In this document: positions 19,288-29,038 of the stretch, piece by piece
How the letters are laid out: every line of letters starts with the position of its first letter
How positions within the stretch are numbered: position 1 is the first letter of the stretch
Notes under the pieces: model-generated
The model's input: only the letters and a program-made list of their open reading frames with translations
The model's database searches: none
What the model was told of the DNA's origin: nothing
NCBI RefSeq assembly: GCF_020054945.1
Contig: NZ_JAIHAU010000004.1
Location: forward strand, 8,903-72,902
Reading direction: 5' to 3'
DNA length: 64,000 nt
Origin: Mahella sp.
GTDB lineage: Bacteria > Bacillota > Clostridia > Mahellales > Mahellaceae
Program-made: the position numbers and the translations under genes

Positions 19288-22200
19288 GTTTCAATCCCTC
19301 ATAGGTAGGCTAAAAACATGTTAGCTGGTACAGCTGGCGGCGCAAAAAGTGGGTGTTTCAATTCCTCATAGGTAGGCTAAAAACATAGGTCGTTTATAAA
19401 GTCTCGGGTGGATAATAGTGAGTTTCAATCCCTCATAGGTAGGCTAAAAACTAATAAGCTTGATACTGCCTTAGACATTTCAGATGGTTTCAATCCCTCA
19501 TAGGTAGGCTAAAAACAGCTGAAGGCGATCTTTGGGTAGACACGAGCATCAGCCGTTTCAATCCCTCATAGGTAGGCTAAAAACGGCCAATCATACATAA
19601 GCCCATTTGTTTCCGCTGTGGTTTCAATCCCTCATAGGTAGGCTAAAAACCCACTAGGAGACAAGTGGCCATTGCACAGATGATGCAGGTTTCAATCCCT
19701 CATAGGTAGGCTAAAAACAATAGTGCGGCCAAACGAGGAGGTATATCATGAATAGTTTCAATCCCTCATAGGTAGGCTAAAAACTTGAAAGCCCTTATCC
19801 TCCTACGATTGCCGATATTCGGTTTCAATCCCTCATAGGTAGGCTAAAAACTCGTCCTCAGAAACTTTTACATATTGCTTAGCAATATGGTTTCAATCCC
19901 TCATAGGTAGGCTAAAAACAAACATAGAAAATATCTGGATACCTGAACAGGCGGCGTTTCAATCCCTCATAGGTAGGCTAAAAACGGGTTGATGATAGCC
20001 GGTACTGGTGGGCTGCATAGCTCTGTTTCAATCCCTCATAGGTAGGCTAAAAACGTTTATCTATATGAATGCCGCGCAGATTCGCCTTGCAGTTTCAATC
20101 CCTCATAGGTAGGCTAAAAACCTATTTAGAGATAGGCAAGCAGCATCTTGGAGATTTGTTTCAATCCCTCATAGGTAGGCTAAAAACTGATGTGCCGGAC
20201 GAATTTATATATCGTGTGTTTAGTTTCAATCCCTCATAGGTAGGCTAAAAACGCTGCTCATGCTATAACTGCTGATGAATTGTCGGTATGTTTCAATCCC
20301 TCATAGGTAGGCTAAAAACAATATTCCAAGGGCTATTTCAAGGCATTGCTGGATGGTTTCAATCCCTCATAGGTAGGCTAAAAACTGGGGTTCAGCTTCG
20401 AAGAAAGCGCCGCTCTCATGGGGTTTCAATCCCTCATAGGTAGGCTAAAAACCGTCAAGCCGGCTAAAAAGGCAAGCAAGCCAAAAAAGTTTCAATCCCT
20501 CATAGGTAGGCTAAAAACTGGGTGGCAAGCATGAAAGAAATATTAATGGTTTTTGGTTTCAATCCCTCATAGGTAGGCTAAAAACCGAAAGCGCAGCAGA
20601 AATAATTCAAGATTTTTATATAGAAGTTTCAATCCCTCATAGGTAGGCTAAAAACAATATCGCTCGCGCTTGCCATTGAACTGGTCGACCAGGGTTTCAA
20701 TCCCTCATAGGTAGGCTAAAAACATTTATGCTGGTAATTATATCGTTAAATTTGGTTTCTTGTTTCAATCCCTCATAGGTAGGCTAAAAACTGTCTGAAG
20801 AGACTGGGTTTCAATCCCTCATAGGTAGGCTAAAAACCATGGGGCTTTGAGGAAGTCTTCAGGGAAGTTCGCATGTTTCAATCCCTCATAGGTAGGCTAA
20901 AAACAAGCAATTTTATCAAGCACAATGCTGTACATATGCGGTTTCAATCCCTCATAGGTAGGCTAAAAACGTCTGGAATTAACGAAGGGTATATGTTTGT
21001 GGCCGGTTTCAATCCCTCATAGGTAGGCTAAAAACGTATTCACGGATTACGATATTATAACAATATTTTGGTTTCAATCCCTCATAGGTAGGCTAAAAAC
21101 AAAAGCGCCAGCCGTGCTTGTGGAAGTTGCCTTTCATGAGTTTCAATCCCTCATAGGTAGGCTAAAAACAAAGCGGCGACATAGAAGCCGCAGCCGACAA
21201 AGTAAGTTTCAATCCCTCATAGGTAGGCTAAAAACTTTTGCCCTTGGAGTACGACACCTATTGCCAGTATAGTTTCAATCCCTCATAGGTAGGCTAAAAA
21301 CATTTATGCTGGTAATTATATCGTTAAATTTGGTTTCTTGTTTCAATCCCTCATAGGTAGGCTAAAAACTTGAAGCTTTAGGGGATAACAAACGTTTCAA
21401 TCCCTCATAGGTAGGCTAAAAACTATAACGGCAAATGGCTTTTTGGATGTCGATAACATGGTTTCAATCCCTCATAGGTAGGCTAAAAACATGATATTGA
21501 AATAGTGAAGATATATCCTGATGAGGCGTTTCAATCCCTCATAGGTAGGCTAAAAACCGTAGCATAAAGCTACCGCATGGCACAATCCGGCTGCGGTTTC
21601 AATCCCTCATAGGTAGGCTAAAAACCCATAACAACAGGCAGCAAATACAAACTAAATTCAGGGTTTCAATCCCTCATAGGTAGGCTAAAAACGAAGCAGG
21701 ATAGCGTTCGTGTACCTGTGCTGGGGTGTTTCAATCCCTCATAGGTAGGCTAAAAACGATGGATGCAAGTAAATTATTCGAGAGGTATTTAGCGTTTCAA
21801 TCCCTCATAGGTAGGCTAAAAACTCATCTAAATAACTTTCCAATTTGGCAGTAACGCTTGAGTTTCAATCCCTCATAGGTAGGCTAAAAACGTATCTCTG
21901 CTGCGGTAAATGCCGTATACCAATAAGGTTTCAATCCCTCATAGGTAGGCTAAAAACTAGGTTCTATATTGTGGGGGAAGGAGGAGAAAAATGAGTTTCA
22001 ATCCCTCATAGGTAGGCTAAAAACTGTGCACGGGAAAAATGCTTATAAACAGCGGTATATGTTTCAATCCCTCATAGGTAGGCTAAAAACACAAATAGGA
22101 ATCACGATGGATTTATATTCGCATGTGCGTTTCAATCCCTCATAGGTAGGCTAAAAACATGGAAGATGTGGAGATATACGTGAAGCATATCGCTGGTTTC

Positions 22201-22627
22201 AATCCCTCATAGGTAGGCTAAAAACCGTAACCGTATATGAAGACAAGATCGACATGGATATTTGTTTCAATCCCTCATAGGTAGGCTAAAAACATAGGTG
22301 TGATGACCATGCCCACGACCCCGCGCAGGGTTTCAATCCCTCATAGGTAGGCTAAAAACTCATAACAAATCGAGGAAAATAATATGGGAGAAACTTGGTT
22401 TCAATCCCTCATAGGTAGGCTAAAAACCAGATGCTTCCCCGCGTGGTCTTGCGTGGGACGGTAGTTTCAATCCCTCATAGGTAGGCTAAAAACCTTGGAG
22501 TCGCTTACGCCTACGGCCGATAGGGATATGTTTCAATCCCTCATAGGTAGGCTAAAAACATACGAGTGCTGGTATCTGTCTTTGGCTCTTTGAATATGTT
22601 TCAATCCCTCATAGGTAGGCTAAAAAC
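19288..22627 (-). CRISPR. CRISPR array B: 51 repeats GTTTTTAGCCTACCTATGAGGGATTGAAAC, 50 spacers (mostly 35-40 nt)
   Basis: Repeats read directly; one nucleotide differs from array A; leader at 22628+. Confidence 0.99.
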
Positions 22628-22853
22628 AAATTTGAGCAGCTATAAATGGGCATTTACATATTATTTACATTGTTTGTTTTAACTAATCATAAGTAGGGTA
22701 AAAATCATAGCAAACAGCGATATTAAGCCCCTATATAGCATAACAGTAATGTCGTCGATCTCCAGGCTTTTATGCACTATTACCGGTCGACGACATTATT
22801 ATATCATAATCTGCTCTGTGTTGTACAATTATTTTTGGCATAAATTTATGCCA
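22628..22853 (-). promoter_or_regulatory. CRISPR leader B
   Basis: Paralogue of leader A; inverted repeat 22747-22758 / 22787-22798; TGATATAAT extended -10; palindrome 22836-22853. Confidence 0.88.
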
Positions 22854-25293
22854 TCCAAACCTCCGTATCCAGTGAACGTTTGAAACCGGTTTCGATATCA
22901 TAGAATAGGTCCAGGCCTTCTAATGGCAACTGCCAGAATGTCTTATCTTTGGATACTGCCATATTAGGTTGTAACCCCATGGCCAGTTTATCGGGTACTG
23001 ATATTATGTAGGCATCAAGTTTGCCCTTGAATCTTAATCGTGCTTCTCTTCTTTTCGCTTCATCCTTTTGGGCTAAAACGTTCTCCGCATATGCTTCCCA
23101 AATGTCTCTGGCTTCATCATCTATCTCGACAAACACATCGGCATAATTCGGCCTATTGTCTATAAGAGAAAACGAAGATACCGTCACTATATCGTTTTCG
23201 TATTTAGAAAATCTTAAATGCTCAAATGCCTCCCATATATCCTCCGATGCCTGTTGGCTTTCGGAAAACGTCAATTCGTTGAAATATTCATTGATCATGT
23301 CATAAAATGCATGTTCGGATACGTTGCCGTGCTCGAGCATTTTTAAAGCCAGCATGCAATGGATAGAACCGTATATTCTCTTGGCCAGCAACGTTCCTTC
23401 CCCATCTTCATCTTTTTTATCTACCAGTTTATATACATAAACCTTGCCATCGTCATCCATGCTATTGCGCTTACACCGGCCGGCAACTTGAATTATGGAG
23501 TCCACAGGGCCTATGTCGCGCATTACCACATCCATATCTATATCCACACCGGCTTCAACCACCTGCGTAGATATCACCACGACTGGATCGTGTCTATCGG
23601 TATGGCCTTTTATTTCTTTGATGCGCTGGGCCCGATGTTTCGGTATTATATTCGTCGATAAATAAAAAATCGGAACGTCTATTCTCTCTTTTATCAGATT
23701 ATATAGTTCAATAGAAGATTTTATGGTATTCATAACCACCAGATAGGAATGCTCGCCATCATATATATCCATGAATTTATCGGCCATTTCATCTACTGTC
23801 ATAATGGCGGGAATCGGCAAAAGCGATACGCGATTCAATTTTTTAAAATGCCTCTCGGGGTCCTCAACCAGCTCCATGCTGCTGCCATCTTCGAATATCA
23901 GCGGCTTTGTGGCAGTCATGAGTATGACACGACAACCCATTTGGCTGGCCATTATATTCATGACCTTATTAATAAGCGGCCAGTATTCCACGCCAACATT
24001 CTGGATCTCATCCAATACTATTATTGAGCCTATTATATTGTGGTATTTTTTCAGAAATTTGTTCCTATATCCTATTAAAGTATAAAATAATTGTATGAAG
24101 GTAGTAACCACTATCTCGGCCTGCCAGCTTTCTATAAGCATAAGCGCTTTATCCAGAGGCTCTTCTTCTCCTTGCCGCGTATAGGACAGTTCGCTTAAAT
24201 GATGATGTTTTATGAGGTACAAGCTTTCGTTGCCATTGAAATCGTCCAACTGGCTCAGCACATCTTTTATAACACCATAGTTTTGATCTATTATGCTGGT
24301 AAACGGCAATGAATAGATGATTCTCGGGCTATAACCAAGCTCCTGCTCCACACGCGCCCTTAATTTTAGGGCGGCAGACAGGCCGGTAAGCGTTTTCCCC
24401 GACCCGGTCGGTGCTGTTATTGTGAAAAGATGCTGCGATAGCGGCACATTCTCAACGCTCGACATTACAGATTGGTATATGCTGTTGCGCATCTCATCCA
24501 GCGGTTTTGCAGGCCCTTTGAACTTTTTTATTCTGTATGTGTCTATGATATCCGCAGGCAAGGCTTTACGTTGAGATATCTCCACCTGAGCAGCATCCAT
24601 TTTGTCGTTGTCTATGAGCGCGGAATACAGCATAAGCCCCAGCATAACCACTCTTATGCGCACATCAGCGCTTTCTTTATTAATCAGTTTATAGCGCTGC
24701 GAATCCAGCTTTTGGAGTATATCCTCCCAATTCGCTATAAATTCATCAATGCTTACATCCGCTCCCAAATTGCGATAACGCTGTTCTATATCATGGACGT
24801 GGAGTTTTACATCTTCCAGTTGGGTTTTAAATATATTGATTTTATCTGACCAACGTTTATCAGCAGCATATGCACCACCTTTAAGCAGGCTTTTGGTCAC
24901 AACATCGTCTTCAAGGTCCCCGAGGTTACCGTGGTGATGCAGCACGAAAAAATAGGATATGAGAGGCATATATGTCTCATGCGGTTTGTCGCTATGCCAG
25001 AGCTTCTGCATTACATATCCGGCAAATACCGCCGATATAAAGCCGTGAAAATGGAGTGAACCATCTTTTGAGCCATATAATAAATATTTCTGAAAATACG
25101 TCGTAAATTTGCCAAAGTCATGGCTTATACCGATAAGATACGCGGCTTTTGCCATGTCATCAGCAGCATCTATGGGCATATCACCTATAGAGCGTTTCAT
25201 CTGTGTCGCCACTTCTCGCAAGTGATCTTCCAGTGGCTTTTTCCTGCTTATATTGCCTTGCTCATCTCTGGTTACATGTGAATAAAACTCCAT
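22846..25293 (-). CDS. cas3: Cas3 HD nuclease-helicase
   Basis: LEDHL, HDFGK, HHH, APTGSGKT, DEIQ, MTAT, STQVVEAGVDID, QVAGR. Confidence 0.97.
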   Translation of the reverse strand: MEFYSHVTRDEQGNISRKKPLEDHLREVATQMKRSIGDMPIDAADDMAKAAYLIGISHDFGKFTTYFQKYLLYGSKDGSLHFHGFISAVFAGYVMQKLWHSDKPHETYMPLISYFFVLHHHGNLGDLEDDVVTKSLLKGGAYAADKRWSDKINIFKTQLEDVKLHVHDIEQRYRNLGADVSIDEFIANWEDILQKLDSQRYKLINKESADVRIRVVMLGLMLYSALIDNDKMDAAQVEISQRKALPADIIDTYRIKKFKGPAKPLDEMRNSIYQSVMSSVENVPLSQHLFTITAPTGSGKTLTGLSAALKLRARVEQELGYSPRIIYSLPFTSIIDQNYGVIKDVLSQLDDFNGNESLYLIKHHHLSELSYTRQGEEEPLDKALMLIESWQAEIVVTTFIQLFYTLIGYRNKFLKKYHNIIGSIIVLDEIQNVGVEYWPLINKVMNIMASQMGCRVILMTATKPLIFEDGSSMELVEDPERHFKKLNRVSLLPIPAIMTVDEMADKFMDIYDGEHSYLVVMNTIKSSIELYNLIKERIDVPIFYLSTNIIPKHRAQRIKEIKGHTDRHDPVVVISTQVVEAGVDIDMDVVMRDIGPVDSIIQVAGRCKRNSMDDDGKVYVYKLVDKKDEDGEGTLLAKRIYGSIHCMLALKMLEHGNVSEHAFYDMINEYFNELTFSESQQASEDIWEAFEHLRFSKYENDIVTVSSFSLIDNRPNYADVFVEIDDEARDIWEAYAENVLAQKDEAKRREARLRFKGKLDAYIISVPDKLAMGLQPNMAVSKDKTFWQLPLEGLDLFYDIETGFKRSLDTEVWMA

Positions 25294-25313
25294 TGCCTCT
25301 CATACCTTTCTTC

Positions 25314-26081
25314 TTACATAAACATTATATTCTCATACTGTCCGTCATAATTGATGCGGTAACAAGGAATTTTTAATTTGGCCCGTATGATGCGGCGATT
25401 TTTTTCAAACAGAAAAGAACCGAAGGATTTAAGCTGGCGGTTACTGCCGAAGCTTATAGGCATTCTTTCTTTTATGTATTGCATAACTTGCCCGTCGGGG
25501 CTCTCGAATGCCAACCCTCCATCGGCTATGCTTTCAACATTGCACACCGTAGCCAAATCTATCTCCTCATCGGGTTCTATTTCGCTTATATCGCTGCTCG
25601 GCACGTATGCCACCGGCTGCGAAAATGCTATAAATTCGCTTATACCCATATACAGCGGGTAATCGGTACGCTCGTCCCAAATCAGCTCCCTCAACTCGTT
25701 CATCACTGCCGGATCGTCGTGCCAGAAATATACACGGTACACAAGCTCGGATTCGTTTACAGCCGGCAGGATAATATCCAGCGGCACTTGCGTCGGTCCG
25801 AAACTACCGTTTAGCTCCCTCACAGCCTTGGTACGCACATAGTTTACCGTTTGCGTCATATGCCTTATACCGCTTCTAACCGATATACCTATGCCGCATC
25901 TTGCCGTGTCAAACAGTTCATAATACGAATCGCGCTCATAGCCGAGCACTGCCGCTATCATTCCCACAGCCGTGGTACGCGGCGGGAAGGCATAGCTCAG
26001 CGATGATGAGTTTGTATAATACTTTCTAAAATGAGCCATATGGCCTTTGATGTCAAATACCAGCAAACCATCTTCTGTCAC
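25314..26081 (-). CDS. cas5: Cas5, type I-B
   Basis: AHFRKYYTNSSSLSYAFPPRTT..GMIAA.LG, YPLYMG. Confidence 0.94.
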   Translation of the reverse strand: MTEDGLLVFDIKGHMAHFRKYYTNSSSLSYAFPPRTTAVGMIAAVLGYERDSYYELFDTARCGIGISVRSGIRHMTQTVNYVRTKAVRELNGSFGPTQVPLDIILPAVNESELVYRVYFWHDDPAVMNELRELIWDERTDYPLYMGISEFIAFSQPVAYVPSSDISEIEPDEEIDLATVCNVESIADGGLAFESPDGQVMQYIKERMPISFGSNRQLKSFGSFLFEKNRRIIRAKLKIPCYRINYDGQYENIMFM

Positions 26082-26125
26082 TGCGGCACCGCCTCCTTTC
26101 TAACATATTACATGCAGGCATAGTG

Positions 26126-27076
26126 CTACAGCTTTACCAGCTTATCTTTGATACCCTCTCCAAAAAGACCGCTTATCGTACCATCAGGGCTATCCGATAT
26201 TGTAAGCTCCTCATCCTGCCACCAGTATATCCGCGCGACACGCGAAGCGTTTGCAGATAACTTACGAGCCAAAGCAGATGCCTTCAGCCGGGCCTCCGTA
26301 GTATCCCTCAGGCCATCCAGCGTTTCGAGCGATACCATGTCCCTGAAATCGCCTAAAAAAGTCTGACCATCGGTGTATTCCACCCTTAAGTACAGTCGCG
26401 GATACTGCCCTATCTTGCTCCTGGTCGCCTGAAGCGGTATGGCCCTGAGCATAGCCTCATCCAATAACGCTATGTCTTCATCTTTAAGGCCTGTCCGTAC
26501 TGCGCGCTTTGCGCTTATAATCCCCTGAAAGGCCAATAGCGAATAGTATACGCGATAATCCTTGCCCATAGCGCCCTGCTGATTCTCTGTCCTCGAGCTA
26601 AAATGCGACGTTATGCCATTGGAATCGACAAGATTGACCTTGTTCAGCGAATACCCCCATGTAAATTGAACAGGTCCTGTCAACGCTATTGACGAACCGC
26701 CTCTACCTCCTTCTTCGGCTTTTATGGGCATGGTGGCGCCGAACATACGGACGTCTATAAGCTTATCCAAAATTATAGGCAAATCTTCTCTAGTGACCTT
26801 GTTCTTGCCCACCACGCTTTTTAAGCGGGCATTGGCATCCACCACTTTATCATCTTGGCGGGCATCGGCATCCTTCACCTTATCATCTTGCTTGGATACG
26901 AATATATCGTAACCCTTATCTTTCAGGTAATCCCGTATATAGCGTTTGAGCCTTACATCGCTTACAAGGTTGCGCTGGCGCTCATAATCCATGCGCGGAC
27001 GGTTTTCATCGTCAGGATCACCATTCGGATTGCACATCTTGGCATCGTATAAAAACAACAATTCACTATTATTCAT
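26126..27076 (-). CDS. cas7: Cas7b/Csh2
   Basis: NPNGDPDDENRPR, VSDVRLKR.IRD, DVRMFGA, TGPVQF, TRSKIGQ.PR. Confidence 0.95.
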   Translation of the reverse strand: MNNSELLFLYDAKMCNPNGDPDDENRPRMDYERQRNLVSDVRLKRYIRDYLKDKGYDIFVSKQDDKVKDADARQDDKVVDANARLKSVVGKNKVTREDLPIILDKLIDVRMFGATMPIKAEEGGRGGSSIALTGPVQFTWGYSLNKVNLVDSNGITSHFSSRTENQQGAMGKDYRVYYSLLAFQGIISAKRAVRTGLKDEDIALLDEAMLRAIPLQATRSKIGQYPRLYLRVEYTDGQTFLGDFRDMVSLETLDGLRDTTEARLKASALARKLSANASRVARIYWWQDEELTISDSPDGTISGLFGEGIKDKLVKL

Positions 27077-27503
27077 TTACAACAACCCCCTCATTATTGT
27101 TATTGCGTTCTTTCGCAGCTTTAATGGCTGCCAGTGTGTTATATGCATAGCCTGAAAGTATATAAAATACATTTTCCTGATCTGTGAGCGGCCAATTGGA
27201 TATATATTTTTCCATGAGCATCCGATGCTGAGCAAATATACCCTCATTGTAGGCAAACCTCTTATACTGCCGCAGTTTCTCAAACACCTCGTCGCTTAAG
27301 CGCCATACACGTAATTTGGTCATGCCCTGATAGTTCAGTTTGTCCAGTACCGGCTTGTTATCCATACCGCTGCTACGTTGCCCGTCAGCTACCTGTCCTA
27401 TGAGATAGCCTAGAAGAAACAGCGCCGTTTTGGGCTCGTCATAGCCCATTTCTTCTATATATCCTTTTATATCATCTTTCAAAATCAGTTTATCGCTATC
27501 CAT
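27069..27503 (-). CDS. cas11: Putative Cas11b small subunit translated from an internal in-frame start in cas8b1
   Basis: GAAAGGGGTG-tttcc-ATG inside cas8b1 (ERGVS-M-DSDK); 144-aa helical C-terminal domain. Confidence 0.7.
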   Translation of the reverse strand: MDSDKLILKDDIKGYIEEMGYDEPKTALFLLGYLIGQVADGQRSSGMDNKPVLDKLNYQGMTKLRVWRLSDEVFEKLRQYKRFAYNEGIFAQHRMLMEKYISNWPLTDQENVFYILSGYAYNTLAAIKAAKERNNNNEGVVVNE

Positions 27504-29033
27504 GGAAACACCCCTTTCCAATAATTTTAATTGCCTAAGATATTCCATAAACAGATTGGCTTGCACCATGGCGTATACCATAGCTATATCGGCATCGCCG
27601 GATATGCGGATATTGACATTTACAGAGTTCCCGAGGCGGTATATGCGCGCCAGTTTGACGAATGAATCGACTAAGAATTCATATGATACCGGCTTACCGC
27701 TGAATATGTCGTCATAAATATCCAATAGCTTTCTGTATTCTACAGAGTCTTTAGAGTCTTTATCAACGTTTATGGGTATAAGGTAATATATCTTGTTCAA
27801 GTCTATTTCCCACATCGGCGATGGGCCGAATAGAACATCGCCCAAACGCCCTGTAACTCCGGACGCTGCACGAAGCTGCGTAAATCTTGATGGCGGCACA
27901 TCTTTTATAAGCTTCAAGACCTTTAATTCGGCCTGATTGCGTTGGTAGAACATAAGATTGAGTATATAGTTGTTCTTCTCATCCTCGTATGCCATATAAT
28001 CGTCTATAATACTTTTTTCAAAATCTTTTATAGCGGAAGCGGTTTTGGCACTATTAAAAGAATCGTTTATATATTTGGTCCATTCATCCAGTTGATCGGC
28101 AGTAAAGGAAACATCGAATATAAAACTCGGTATCAGATAAAGGTTTAAGCCTCCCAATCTGGTATTAAAGCGATTCTTTATATAGGCCTCGCCCTCCAGC
28201 AGTGCCATATAGCAATCCCTGCACAGGACAAAGTTTTTATCGAAGCGCCCGCTTACATATGAGGAGAATCCTTTTTTATCGGTATTGTAATACTTGAATG
28301 TAAGCTTTGTCGTCTTATCGGTCACCTTGCCGGACTTGCCGCAGGCTGAGCACACGCCGTCTATGGCATTTTGAAATATGACGTCTATTTTTTCCCTTCC
28401 CACGGCCTGACGGTAAGCTCTGTCATCGACTACCAGCTTTCCGTCTATCTGCAGCGTCCACAAAGCTATCTCGTCGCTTTTTATAGCACCTGCATTCTTG
28501 ATTTTGATATAATCGAGCACAGCGCTGGCCACGCGTTCAGGCATTTTCTTTATGTCGTTGATTCCATTTTGTATATACGCCGTATCATAGCCCAAGGCCT
28601 CCGCCATACCCATCTTGCCCAAATCCCATACATATCTGTACCGGTTTTTAGCTCCGTTTTGAGGCCCCAAATCATAATACATATTATCCAGCATATCTTG
28701 TAATGTGACCTTCAGAGATGTATTGTCCGGTAGTTTTTTTATGAGATTTGGGATAGCCTGTCCCACGATAAATTTTAGATTGTTAGTGGTAGCATACCAC
28801 TGTGGAGTGTTTGAACCATCGGCATTGCCTACCCAGATATAGCGCTGAGCAGTATAATCGTCTATCTTGACCGGTTGAAAGGCAACTGAGGCATTTTGCG
28901 TATCTATTTTTATTATGACGAGGTATTGGTCTTTATCACCTCTTTTGGCTTCCAGCGGCAAAGCCAATGCTTCAAGAAAATTTTGTCCACTGGACATGGC
29001 CACATCGCCCAGCTTTTTTATAGCTTCAAGCAT
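27069..29033 (-). CDS. cas8b1: Cas8b1/Csh1 large subunit
   Basis: CSAC...CRDC zinc motif, FKYYNTDK.GF, DVPPSR, KPVLDKLNYQGM, FYILSGY. Confidence 0.92.
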   Translation of the reverse strand: MLEAIKKLGDVAMSSGQNFLEALALPLEAKRGDKDQYLVIIKIDTQNASVAFQPVKIDDYTAQRYIWVGNADGSNTPQWYATTNNLKFIVGQAIPNLIKKLPDNTSLKVTLQDMLDNMYYDLGPQNGAKNRYRYVWDLGKMGMAEALGYDTAYIQNGINDIKKMPERVASAVLDYIKIKNAGAIKSDEIALWTLQIDGKLVVDDRAYRQAVGREKIDVIFQNAIDGVCSACGKSGKVTDKTTKLTFKYYNTDKKGFSSYVSGRFDKNFVLCRDCYMALLEGEAYIKNRFNTRLGGLNLYLIPSFIFDVSFTADQLDEWTKYINDSFNSAKTASAIKDFEKSIIDDYMAYEDEKNNYILNLMFYQRNQAELKVLKLIKDVPPSRFTQLRAASGVTGRLGDVLFGPSPMWEIDLNKIYYLIPINVDKDSKDSVEYRKLLDIYDDIFSGKPVSYEFLVDSFVKLARIYRLGNSVNVNIRISGDADIAMVYAMVQANLFMEYLRQLKLLERGVSMDSDKLILKDDIKGYIEEMGYDEPKTALFLLGYLIGQVADGQRSSGMDNKPVLDKLNYQGMTKLRVWRLSDEVFEKLRQYKRFAYNEGIFAQHRMLMEKYISNWPLTDQENVFYILSGYAYNTLAAIKAAKERNNNNEGVVVNE

Positions 29034-29038
29034 CCCTT

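Noticed and set aside
20453-20488. Spacer containing GGCTAAAAA, like the repeat end
   Set aside because: Only 9 nt, and the spacer reads as a Lys/Ala-rich coding stretch; likely coincidence
4889-22627. Self-targeting spacers or a CreTA-like mini-array aimed at cas promoters
   Set aside because: No convincing spacer match to sequence in this window by eye; needs a computed search against the whole genome
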